From Lingula anatina (lineage: Eukaryota; Animalia; Brachiopoda), in assembly GCA_051362555.1 (NCBI GenBank), contig CM120645.1:4092001-4156000 (forward strand): a stretch of 64,000 bases of DNA. The letters are read 5' to 3'. Each line of letters opens with the position of its first letter. Within the stretch, counting starts at the first letter, position 1. The notes below the pieces were generated by a model. It saw nothing but the letters and a program-made list of their open reading frames with translations. It searched no databases and had not been told where the DNA came from. The translations under genes and the position numbers were made by a program. Below, piece after piece: positions 15,001-26,200 of this stretch.

Positions 15001-15844
15001 CCTTTTCCCTAATTTTCTGACAGTGCTGGGACAAAGAGAAAATTAAGCACAGCAATAGCGTTGATTGGAAAACCAACCATCATATTCCTGGATGACCCGA
15101 CAACAAGTGTTGATCCATTGTCCAGGAGAAAGATATGGTCAGTTCTGCAAGAAATACGTCAACAAGGCACAACACTGGTGCTGACCACCAACAGGTTTGT
15201 GTGGATTCTCCCTTGCTTCCGATCATGTCTTGTATGCAGTTTGCAGTGACACGGTGATGCTCGAGCAAAATGAGATTTTACTTTCTTCATAAATCACAAC
15301 TTTCTGTGAGCTTTTTCTACCAAAGTTTCTGATAACTACTACAAATAAGATATCTGGTACCCAGAAAATAAAACGATAGTGTTTTTATTAATTTATTTTA
15401 AAATAGATGTTTATATATTTCAGCACTGAAGAAAGTGAAATGCAGTGCACTCGAGTGACAATAATGATCGACCAGCGCTTTGTCACTATGGGCAGTCCAC
15501 AGTCGCTTAAAAATGCGTACGGGGACGGCGTTAACATTGAAATACGTCTGACAGATGAAGAGGAAATTGCCACAAAGGATCTTATTTCATTTATAAGTTC
15601 GCGCCTGCCTGGAGGATATGTGACCAAAGAAAACAACTTCACGATAACATTTAAAGTCTTAAACGAACATATCCGTTGGGGCCAACTCTTTCAAACACTT
15701 GAGGAGGCTAGGACCCGCTTTACGATTGCAGATTATAGCATCCAGCAGTGTACTTTGGAGGCCGCTTTTCTCCATTTGTCGCGTTCCTTTGTTGCACCTA
15801 CAAGCGTTGACCACAGCCAAGCAACACGTAGCTTTGTGTTGTAA
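1..15844 (+). CDS. ABCA-subfamily (ABCA3/ABCA1-like) full-size lipid transporter, multi-exon, 5' end outside window; both NBDs degenerate
   Basis: GT-AG exons joined in phase: <1-190, 652-895, 1228-1404, 2001-2176, 2510-2644, 2883-3000, 3229-3383, 3648-3803, 8044-8257, 8913-9162, 9449-9534, 10557-11642, 12029-12265, 13148-13525, 13700-13836, 14519-14706, 15024-15194, 15424-15844(TAA). ABCA hallmarks: ISYEKETGLK, AYWLSW, TWYFSKVFPGPGGVPKPWLFPF, NBD1 GGNASGKST and VIALDEPT, FGISLATLDELYL, YHSMPLALNLVNNALL..ISVNNHPLP, PVEERTNETK, YWLSRCCWD, NBD2 GYCP and KRKLSTAIALIG, DYSIQQCTLEAAFL. Confidence 0.93.
3544..3582. repeat. (CT)n/(CA)n compound microsatellite
   Basis: ctctctct..., a short T run, then acacacac... 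in an ABCA intron. Confidence 0.85.
5290..5593 (+). mobile_element. Decayed LINE ORF2 C-terminal fragment, nested in the 4101-7927 element
   Basis: Frameshifted SNKLRTYKTIK..YECENYI..IKTLAKIRLSDHN, typical of the region after the RT domain in non-LTR ORF2; near copy in inverted orientation at 45700-46320. Confidence 0.7.
6905..7106 (+). mobile_element. MITE family A copy 1 (PIF/Harbinger-like, ~200-220 bp)
   Basis: Shares the core gggagtctcactagattactgtcagataatccggcttaaatgtccgtcccgcctactacaagctgtaagg with 58548-58770 (+) and 57254-57467 (-); imperfect TIRs, TTA/TAA-like flanks. Confidence 0.75.
9566..9626. repeat. (GAT)n trinucleotide microsatellite
   Basis: gatgatgatgat... in an ABCA intron; source of the spurious poly-M/I/S ORFs. 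Confidence 0.9.
9895..10097. mobile_element. MITE, PIF/Harbinger-like, ~200 bp
   Basis: TIR ccctttacactggacggcgtcctttctgc / gcagaaaggacgccgtccagtgtaaaggg. Confidence 0.8.
12621..13004. mobile_element. PIF/Harbinger-type MITE (384 bp) with TTA target-site duplication
   Basis: ~65-bp TIR agcccctatttcacacagaccacgaatcccacgaatcgcca... / ...tggcgattcgtgggattcgtggtctgtgtgaaataggggcc; TTA at 12618-12620 and 13005-13007; empty paralogous site with a single TTA at 23711-23713. Confidence 0.9.
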
Positions 15845-17388
15845 ACCGTTTTTAAGGCAGACATATGAGAGAATCTACATTAAAGCAATCACTAATCAGT
15901 CACCTTTGGTTACCATATTTAATAATTTAAAACGTTTTGAACCCAAACGTTTCGCGTTTTGTTTTCACCAAAAAGAGCACAACTGTCAAGAGAGAGGGAA
16001 TCATGGATAGTAAAGCACAAGCGATTAATTTGATGGTCTGTTGATCGTAATATTCTTAATGGTTTAAGTTACATGTATAGGATAAACCTTTGGATAAATT
16101 GCATCGTTGAAATTTCAAGATTTTTGTATGCATGAAGGAACACGCATGCATTAAATACCCTGTACCCACAGATCCTCCCATGTTAATGCCGCCTGTCATA
16201 TGTGAGAAACGATCAACTCTCTGAAACACAAGCATAACAAAGTCAGATATATATCAATGGTTTTTTATTTAATCAGCTTATGATTTTTTTTACATTTGAT
16301 TGGTCTATTGAGTAATTAGGAACTATTCGGCATATTCTTCAAGTGGTTGTTCTTTAAACAACTCAAACGAATTTCTGCGTCACACATAGACCTGATTATT
16401 TTATTGATACATTTTAAGCAGTTTTTTTCTCTTGGTTGAATAGTATATAAAAACTGTCAAAACATTTGAAACAATGAGAGTTTTTTCTCTAAAAACGAAT
16501 TGTACATGTTCATGGGTTGCTAAATTGTAGTCAACGTAATTCTTGTCCACATCCAGATAAACATCCAGATAAATTTCTGCGTCGTGTCTTGATGCATTGC
16601 GTATACGCTACCATCACTATTTTATATAGATTCAGTTAAATGTAACCTTTACTCATATACAAGTGACAAGTGGGAATGGGGATAAAGCTGTATGCTCATT
16701 ATCAATCAATGATTCGTATTCTCTTTCTGAAATGAACTGCACGTCTTTAGGAGTTGCTAAAACGTAATCAACATAATCTTCATCCACGTCGCCGAAAGTC
16801 TATCAGCAGTCCAGATAAATTTCTGCATCATGTGTTTTAAAACATTGTGTATAGAGAGGCATTACGTCATTGCTATTTAATATCTTTGTTTAGACAGATA
16901 TGTGCCAAGGCATACGCAGCAGTTACGATAAGGGTGAATATAACAAAGGGCTAATTCATGGCCATGGGCTTTCTTTTTGTTTTAAAGCTGAGTCAGACAT
17001 CCTACATTATAATCAAAATTCACCTGCTAAAGCGTCAATATTTTTGAAAACTATAACAAAGGACCAGTTCATGGGCTTTCTTTTGCTTTAAAGCCGAGTT
17101 ATGAACCCTATATTATAACCGTGTTTTAATTGTCAATTTTTTCATGTTATTAAGTGTAAATGTTACTGAAATAACTACTGGTGTGATCAAGAATAAAAAA
17201 ACATGTTTTAGGTACCTTAAAAAAGTAAATCCGTACAAAGTAAAATGTTAAGTGTCTGTGCGTGCCGGTAAATAGGAAAATAAATCGCGTTTCAATTTAA
17301 ATATTCATTTTATCTTTGTCGAACTTTTCTGTCTTTGCTTCCACAAACTGATCCTTTGTTATGCTTTTTTTCTGTTCCTGTTGTAGTT

Positions 17389-20300
17389 TCAGAGAACTTG
17401 AATCTTCTTCGTTTTTACTTCTGCCTCCTCCCAGCTTCTACCACGAATGTTCTTCGTTTTCACTTCCGCCTCCTCCCAACTTCTATCATAAGGAAACTAA
17501 AATAGAATTATTATTATTATTAGTGTGAGTAGTAGAGTTGTTTCCAACAGAACTGTCAAAAATGAAATCGTACACATTTAATACAATGGTGTTTCAATTT
17601 TCACCGGAATAACGAGATGGTTCAGAGAAGAAAGGTACGGGAAAATCATTTTGCCCCCAGATGCTTTAGTTGCAACTTGGGTGTCAGGTTGAATAAAATG
17701 ATTTAGGTGGATTTTTTTCCTCCATATTTCAAGCATATGTGTATATATGTCCACACCTTAAGAGAAGAGACGGTGTCGCCGGCGCTGTATTTTTTAGTTA
17801 CATTTCTAAGATATATATTGAGACAAGGTGGATTTTTACATGAGACCGAAAGTTGCTATTGCCATTCTGTAGTGAAGATAAAAGCATTCAAATAAGGTTT
17901 ATGTTAGGCATGTTTTGGGTTTCAGTGCGAACTAAAAACCTGATTGTTTGGTAATTCAGCCATTGTTAAACCCCCCCCCCCCCCCCCCCGCCAAAAAAAA
18001 AAAAAAAAAAAAACTCTAAAATTAACATTTCAACAATATTTCGGTTGATTTATTAAAGAGGACGTCTCAAACAGCCAAATAAACATTTCAACAAAGTTAT
18101 CCCCAATATAAAGGCAACTTACTTGAGTTTTTGTTTTTGTACAACTCTGAGGTATGTTGCACATGCTTGGATCTGTTATTGAGTATTTGAGGTCGTATGC
18201 ACAATAAGTATGGCTGGCTATACTGACTGTGGGTGTGTCGTCTTTCCCGTCGTCTGTCTGGTTGGCTGTCTTGTTGGGCTTCACGACGAATGTCTCGAAG
18301 AGTGTCGCTTTGGCTGTCCCGTTGTCTGCGCCTTGTAAACAAAGAATGGTTGTTAAAGTGGCAAGAAACAAAGCAATTTCACTCTTTATACGTGCACTGT
18401 GTTAATTCTCATGTTAGGAATCTGTGTCATACTTGAACTAGATTCGGCTAATACGTCTTCTTTCTTTGCAAACGCGTTTTCTCTATTTCTTGTTGTAATG
18501 CACACTTATTTATATGAAAAAATATATTTATGATTTTTTATAATAAATTGAGTCAACCGCATGCCTTCGCCTACCTGTTTCTTTTTTATCTATAGTAAGT
18601 AAATTACTTTTGTGAAAATAGTTAAAATCATGTATGAATATCAAATGGCGCAAACTGTTTTATCACGTGCCTGAAGGCAAAGACATAATGTGAAAACGTG
18701 ATCATTTACCTATTCCGAACATCTTCTTAAATACCAAGAAGTTGGATTTTGCTTGGGTAATGTATGTGTAATTGTAGACCATCCCATCCTCTTCTTTGTC
18801 CATTTTACAGATAAAAGCGTCCATGTCCCCTCGACCAACTCCGAGAGTAACGTAATCGTCACATGTGGCCATTCCTTTAAAAGAAGAAAAGAAATTTAAG
18901 ATTTAGCTTTCAACATGCCTTAGTGTAAGAAGTTAAATTTTGGGAAAACTGTTTTGTATATTTACAATCCCTAAATGGAAAGCATGTGTCAAAGTTGTAA
19001 TAATTATTTATGTAGCACTTGATCGTGGCTATTGTATCGAAAAAGCTTGACAAAATATGCTCTTGTGAAGTTTTATCCACCATTAGCCTAATTATGGTTT
19101 CAGAAAAATGCTGTGACAATAAAGATGCAGATGCGATTTCCATTAGGTTTCTCGATTGCCAAGAAAAGATAATTTTATTATGTTTCATTCAATTTTACAT
19201 CATTTTATTGCACATGTACCAACATGTGTTTAGCTGCAAAATGAAATGGTTTTATTCTTATAATTATAATTATTATTATTGGTTCTACATCGTATTTCTG
19301 CTCTATTCGCATTTGCGTCTATATGAAAAACTATGCATTCAATTAAGTACAAAGTATCTGGCCAATAGCGTATCTAGGTGGGGTACAGTGACAACTAGCA
19401 ACGTGTCCTCTCCTTAAATTCGTAGGTACAATCCCTCCCCAAATGTCCCCTTCTATTCTCTCAAAATAATGACATTTACCTGGAATGCAAAGAAAGTCGG
19501 TTGCGAGACTTCTATTTGCCGGTATGCTTTGCTCTGTGCAATTTCCGTCCTCGCTTATTACGTATTCCTTTAACTAAAATGTATGAAATAAATCACAGAA
19601 TAAAAAACAAAGAATTAATAATCAAAATTAACAAAAGAGATTTAATAGTGAAGAAATGCTAGGGCAACTTAGCGCAACTTAAAACTAATTAGGGCTTTAA
19701 TAGCAGAAGCTTTGCTGTTTTATTCCCTACCCACACTGCTGCACAAAGGGTTGCAAATTAAGCGTTCGTCGTCAGTTCTGCTTTTTTGTAACTCGGTGTG
19801 AGATAGTGATCGGTTTCCGGCGTAACTTTACACCTATGATCACTAAAATTGGCATGGTTGACGACTGGGCTCTGAACAAAAATCCGGTGCCTGGATTTGG
19901 CTTCACATTTTTGTTTGAGAGATCTGAGTCCATTTTAATGCCCCTTATATTGCCTCTTTCTTTATAAAGTCTGGAGTTATCCTTCTAGGCAATTTTCTCC
20001 AGCCGATAAACGGTGAGGCAGATCTGTTTGAAAGCGAAATTACAATTTTCATCCTTAAAACGATGTTGTTACGTCATTAGTTCGCATAAGCAAATTTATC
20101 CCGGTATATTTTTGATGTGATAGAATTATTGCAACAATGCATATTTTCGCAATATATAAGCGACTATGGAAATAAATCACAACGTAACGAAATCCCTTTA
20201 TCTTAACCTTTAAATATAAATAAAACTACACGACATCCCCGCACACAGCCGTTTTTCAAGTGCCGTTCTACTTAGTTGAAGAATTTTATGTAGACAGGCA

Positions 20301-21990
20301 TATGACTTTAAGGCTTTCAACCCCTCAGGTAAGGAAAGCAAATGATCAATGATCACGGGTTGTTGTCTAGAGTTTGAAAACGCACCTGGCAGGTAGATAG
20401 TGACAGCTCAGTCTGATATCTCAACCTGATAACTACCTCTTATATCAGACAGCATCGTCGGTATTGCGTCACAGGTCACGTGTCCGTGTGGCTCATTAAT
20501 TTCCATAGCAAGTGAAAGGCGCAGTTTTCTATAAGCTCGATATTTACGAAGGGAGCAACTAATTTATTTTGGTATGGCAATGTATATATGGGCAAAATAT
20601 CCGAAGGTTATCCACCGCACAAGTCATTCTGTAATTGAAACACACCCTTTTCAAGAACACTACCTGTCTCTCATCTTCGCGTTACTAGGACCAATAACTA
20701 ATGCGGGGTATTTTGTATCGGAATATATTACTGAACATTCATCGTCAAATTCGTTTTCGGGTCCTATTTTTCTAATAAGTATCGCCACGAGCGAAAAAGA
20801 AAAGATAGACAAATGCTATATCTGACATAACTGCCTGTCCTTAGAGTTGGGAGACAAAATAATCAAGAAGAGACATTAATTGTTATACTTACGTCATTGT
20901 AATCGTAAATGGTCTGAATTACTGAAGACGTGTCTCCTTCAACTCTGGTTTCCAAAACACACGCCGTTAAATTGGCCAAGTATAAGCCAATTGTGGACGA
21001 CGACTGAAAGACGAAATACATGAAATATTGAGTTTTTTTTTTTTTTTCTGAACTAAAATTTTGAAAAAATATTTTTTAAAATTAAAGAGCGACGTAATTC
21101 AAACTAACACGTAAGCACGGACTTGATGTAAGTCTTTCATTGGTGTGGGTAAAACAAAAATCATCAGGCGATCAACGCGCAAAATACTGACGCACTTGAA
21201 ATGGTTGTGACACATATTCTGCTCTCGCCCCTGGCCCTGCTTGTGCATACATCCACTGGTAGTATGTATTGATTATCGCGTAGACGAATTTTCTTTTTCA
21301 CGGAAAGTTTTGTGCAAATGAAACCCTACCTTTAGTCTGCTTGCATTTGAAAAAAATTGGCCTTTTTCCGTAAAGGAAAATATCATACAACATTTATACC
21401 AATGTCCCATGTTACTTCGATACAATTATCTTCAAGCGAAATATTTCCATTCTCAAGCTTTTTAAAGACAATGTATCAGCTAAATATTTTTGGAAATATT
21501 CATAATGATATCATTTAGAAACTACGACAGAACAATTTCACCCATTTAGTCACGTTACGGTGCTCAAACAGCGTAGATCACTTTGGCACCATGGTATAAA
21601 CTTCAGAAGTCAGGAAACCCGAAGAAAATTTAGGTAAAAAATGGATGGAAGTGTTCACTGTGCAAAAACGTTCAGAATAATGTGAAAGGCGCAACAAAAC
21701 CGTATTACAGCTTTAATTCGTGACCATCGAATTAAGTAGACTCTACCATTTAATTTGGAGGATTTACCCACCTGATAGCTAGAACCTTGCGTATCTACAA
21801 CTACTTCGTCTGTCTTGTACTCCAATTGCCAATATTTTGGGCTGAAGCAATTCCCTGGCGAAGGGGGAGTCTTGGGGGTCTTGGGGGTGGGAGGTCCCGG
21901 AGGTTTTGGAGTTTTGGGTCCTTTGGAACCCTTGCCTAAAACTCCTGCGAAGATCATCACAAGGATGAAGACCGTCACATATCTAACCAT
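17389..21990 (-). CDS. Ependymin-related protein (EPDR family), secreted/lysosomal, copy 1; 6 exons, 301 aa
   Basis: Exons 21990-21772, 21003-20893, 19573-19480, 18874-18710, 18331-18123, 17496-17389, all GT-AG and in phase (906 nt). Signal peptide MVRYVTVFILVMIFAGVLG; ependymin-type motifs CFSPKYW (cf. CCxPxxW), IYDY..KEYVI...C, LCIP..A, and ITDPSMCNIPQSC (cf. IxDPxxFxxPxxC); several N-x-T sequons. Confidence 0.85.
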
Positions 21991-22057
21991 TTTTTCTGCA
22001 ATTTCATGCAGCCGAACCGTGTTCTTACTTCTATTTTCTTGTGTTCACGTTTCCGTC

Positions 22058-22151
22058 TTTTATACTGCAACACAACTCTGCCTGTGGCGGTTTATTTTGA
22101 CGTGAACACAGCACGTGCTTCGAGCACATGACAATAACTGCCCCGCGTGAC
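22058..22151 (-). promoter_or_regulatory. Putative EPDR core promoter: TATA box plus E-box/M-box cluster
   Basis: Minus-strand TATAAAA at 22058-22064, about 70 bp upstream of the ATG; TGACGTGA 22098, CACGTG 22112-22117, CACATGAC 22125-22132, CGCGTGAC 22144-22151. Largely conserved upstream of copy 2 (~32655-32746) and copy 3 (~42300-42405). Confidence 0.5.
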
Positions 22152-22165
22152 AAAATATAAGGTCC

Positions 22166-23453
22166 CGCTCAACCTCGTCAACAACGCCCTGCTGAGGTAC
22201 CTTGCCGGAGACAAGTACTCCATATCGGTCAACAACCACCCTTTGCCGTCGTATAGTCGCCACATGGATAACGATCTCATGGATGACGATGACGACAGTG
22301 GGAATGATTCATGGAAGTGGTGGCCCCCTTTGATCAGCGTGACTTACACGTGCATTTTCCTGTTTGTGATGTCGGCACTTCTTGGCTCCTTCGCCATCGG
22401 CCCGGTTGAGAAACGCACCAACGAGACCAAGCTTCTGCTCTTTGTGTCCGGTTCCACGGGTATGACGTACTGGTTGTCCAGGTGTTGTTGGGATATAATG
22501 ATCTATTCGGTACCTGTCATATCGGTGATCGGCTTGGTATTAGCTGGACATACATGGCCCTTGTACATAGCCGACAGACAACAAGAAACGCTAATCATTC
22601 TGGTAGTGCTCTTCGGGTGGGCCACTCTGCCATTGACCTACTTGCTGTCGTTTAAATTTGAAACTGGTCTGAAGGCCTATCATGAAGTACATCATGATTA
22701 CGTTTACAACAATAGGTACGTTTATTTTTATTTCCATGTTTTGTTTCCCGCAAACACGTATTAGCTCCTCTTTTTAGATCTAAATTGAAATGCTAAGACC
22801 CAAATATGAAATGTGTGTGAGCACCTACTCAGTAGATTTATTTCATAAAGTTCTTATCAACATCCCACTTTTATATGAAACAATCATGATAGACTCACAT
22901 TTAACACAGATTATTTAGAACGTTTCTCTCGTTAAAACAAGTAAATTTCAACCCGATGCAGTTTTTTAAGTCAAGTCCGTATTTTCTACATACATTTTTT
23001 TACTTCAAGCATCGCATATGGACTATCTTTGTTACATACTCATTTCACAATTTAAAATCGTAAATAAATGGTTATTTGGACAGATGTCGCTCAAATGAGA
23101 TTTCCTGCTTTAAAGGCGCCTATTCTGTCGTCCTGGAAGCGTTCCTCCTCTACATCGTTCCATACCGACTACTTGACGTGGTAGACATGGTGACGTCATT
23201 TTCCTATCTGGAAATGACGGGTTGGATCTTCACAGTGTAGTTTCCTCCCTTCAACTTGGTCGGCGGGCTGTTGAACTTCTATATTAATGACTACAACTCG
23301 CGATACTGCCTCCATAGCAACACAACTATGAGCCATATTCAGCCGTAACATAAGTAAGTACAGAAGGCGGATATATATAGGATTAATGGTTGCAAGAGTT
23401 AATGACAATTGACTTTTTCAATCTTGAGCTTGAAAGCACGAAACTTTGTCCCC

Positions 23454-23497
<44 letters not shown>

Positions 23498-26200
23498 AGT
23501 TTTTGGTACATGCACAATGTAGTCCTAAAAGATAATGCATGTATGGTCTTTTTTAATCAAAAGACTATTTTGCAGTTTCAAACCACTATTTACTTTATTC
23601 AAATGGGCTACTATAGGGAAGGAGACCAATGTCTGAACCCCACCTCCACTGATGATATACACGACAAACAATGATTTCATAAAGATGCTCAGTCATTTTT
23701 ACAATCTGATTTAGGTGCAGTACACAGTTATGAAAGAAGAAAAATGTTTTCATTTAAGAGGTTAGGCTTTTGAACAAGTGCATTTCACACTTTACTGAGA
23801 AAAAGTACTAGCATTTTAGATTGAGTATTCTGTATGTTTTCTGTTTTTTCCTGTTTAGGCCGCTGCGTCGAGTGGAATAAAAACCAAACTGCCATTCCCG
23901 TCGAAAACAGAACTTTATATTTCTGCATGCCACATGTGGACAACACGCTGTCCTTCCAGTATCCAGGCTTCGGAAAACACGCCCTCTTTCTCTTCTTCCA
24001 AGGTTTTGCCTTCCTTGTCATTTTGATCATCGTTGAAACGCACGTGCTTACCACGTGGTACAAGGTGCGCCAAACAAAAGGCTTTCGGACCCCTAGCTCA
24101 ACCGAGGCTTTTCAATACTCATAAGGAAGTACCAGTCGCAGCTCTAACATGACCAATACGCTCAAAAGCGAACAAAGTAGAATAAAGACTCCCCAGCCCT
24201 TGGAAGAGGGTCCAGTTCAAGTGTCAGTACGGAAAGGTGACTCTTGTACACTACCCGTCCTGTTTATGCATTCTAGTTTGCCCTGCAGTTCTCTTCTCGC
24301 TCTGCATAGCACTTGAAATATTCATTTCATTTTGCCATTGTAGTTTTCATAGCTGGAGTATTATATGGCACAAAAATAACCATATAAATGAGTACTAAGA
24401 TTGTTTTCAGGCGAAGCTCTTGGAATACTCGGCCTTGATGACCGCGGCAAAGAAATTCTGTTCAGGATGCTCACGGGTGATTTGCTGCCATCTGACGGTA
24501 CATCATTCCTGGAAGGTGTGACCTTTGACAGTTATAATGGAAAACAGGTTTGTGCAGTCCTCTGAGGACACATGCTTTCAAGTTACAAATTGAAAAACTG
24601 ATTATAAAGATGAAAATATTAGTAGCATGTTTGCTCCGATTAAACATTATGTACGTCAAGAAACCGCACTTCATTGTCAATATAGCTTTGCATCCTGGCG
24701 GTATGGTTGCGTAATTTTGAAATGTGATCTATTATCAATCTTGGTGTTAGATTTCTATTTTTGATTACATGTCTTCATAACAAATAAACTCTAAGATGTG
24801 TTTGGAAATTCAAAATTTGAGTCACGCACATGTACGGAGTAATGGCGGGGGATCGTAATGAGTAAGTTCAATCTGACGGAAATTTAATTTTAAAATTAAT
24901 TTCAGAAAAGTGTCAGCTACGTTTTCAATGAATGAAAAAAATAAAGCACACAAGGAACATAATAAGAAAAATGTCGGAAACCCGATCAAAATGAGTTTCC
25001 GTGCAGCTTACCAAACAAACGATTCGACATTAATTATCTTAAGCGGGACGCAACGAGGTTTTTGCCTGTTACTTCGTCAAATATGCTTCAATTACATTTA
25101 ATCTTTATCCATGTATGTTATGTGTAATTGTCAGAGTATAAAAGAAACTTTGATATGAAACATTGCCGCTTGTACGGAGAACTGTATTTTCCAATATATG
25201 CTTCAGTCATGATGCCTACTGAACATGGTGCAAAATCGTTAAATAATATATTTGTATTAATAATTAGCGGTCGAGTTGAATAGTATGTACACCATACGTA
25301 ATCTTGGCCTTACCAGGTCATCGTCTACGGAGACGGAATTTTCAGTGCGCTTTTTTCCTAATTTTCTGACAGCACTGGGACAAAGAGAAAATTAACCACA
25401 GCAATAGCGTTGTTTGGAAAATCAACCATTATATTCCTGGATGACCCGACAACAAGTGTTGATCCATTGTGCAGGAGAAAGATATGGTCAGTTCTGCAGG
25501 AAATACGTCAACAAGGCACAACGCTGGTGCTGACCACCAACAGGTTAGTGTACACTGTAGATTCTCCCTTGCTCCCGATCTAGACCATTCAAGTCTTGTA
25601 TGCAGTTTGTATGGTAATGCCAGAGCAAAATGAGATTTGACTTTCTTCATAAATCACAATTTTCTGTGAGCTTTTTAACCAAGTTTCTGTTAACTACTAC
25701 AAAGAAGATACCTGGTACCCAGAAAGTAAAATAAGTGTTTTTATTCGTTTATTTTAAAACAGATGTATATATATTTTAGCACTGAAGAAAGTGAAATGCA
25801 GTGCACTCGAGTGACAATAATGATTGACCAGTGCTTTGTCACAATGGGCAGTCCACAGTCGCTTAAAAATGTGTACGGGGACGGCGTTATCATTGAAATA
25901 CGCCTGACAGATGAAGAGGAAATTGCCACAAAGGATCTTATTTCTTTTATAAGTTCGCACCTGCCTTTAGGATATGTGACCAAAGAAAACAACTTCACGA
26001 TAGCTTTTAAAGTCTTAAACGAACATATCCATTGGAGCCAACTCTTTCAAACACTTGAGGAGGCTAGGACCCGCTTTATGATTGCAGATTATAGCATCCA
26101 GCAGTGTACTTTGGAGGCCGCTTTTCTCCATTTGTCGCGTTCCTTTGTTGCACCTACAAGCGTTGACCACAGCCAAGCAACACGTAGCTTTGTGTTGTAA
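22166..26200 (+). pseudogene. Partial ABCA duplicate (TMD2-NBD2 half), pseudogene copy 2
   Basis: Begins mid-exon (homologous to ~11094). Has a +4 frameshift at ~22679-22686 and a TAC>TAA stop at 24122-24124, and lacks the exon homologous to 14519-14706. The last exon is still open to TAA at 26200. Confidence 0.88.
23455..23496. repeat. (TAT)n microsatellite
   Basis: Expanded relative to the short paralogous tract at ~12386-12404. Confidence 0.85.

Noticed and set aside
18030-18371. 113-aa ORF with apparent signal peptide MFLATLTTILCLQG (three copies)
   Set aside because: The hydrophobic start is the intron acceptor region; the real coding part is EPDR exon 5 (18331-18123).
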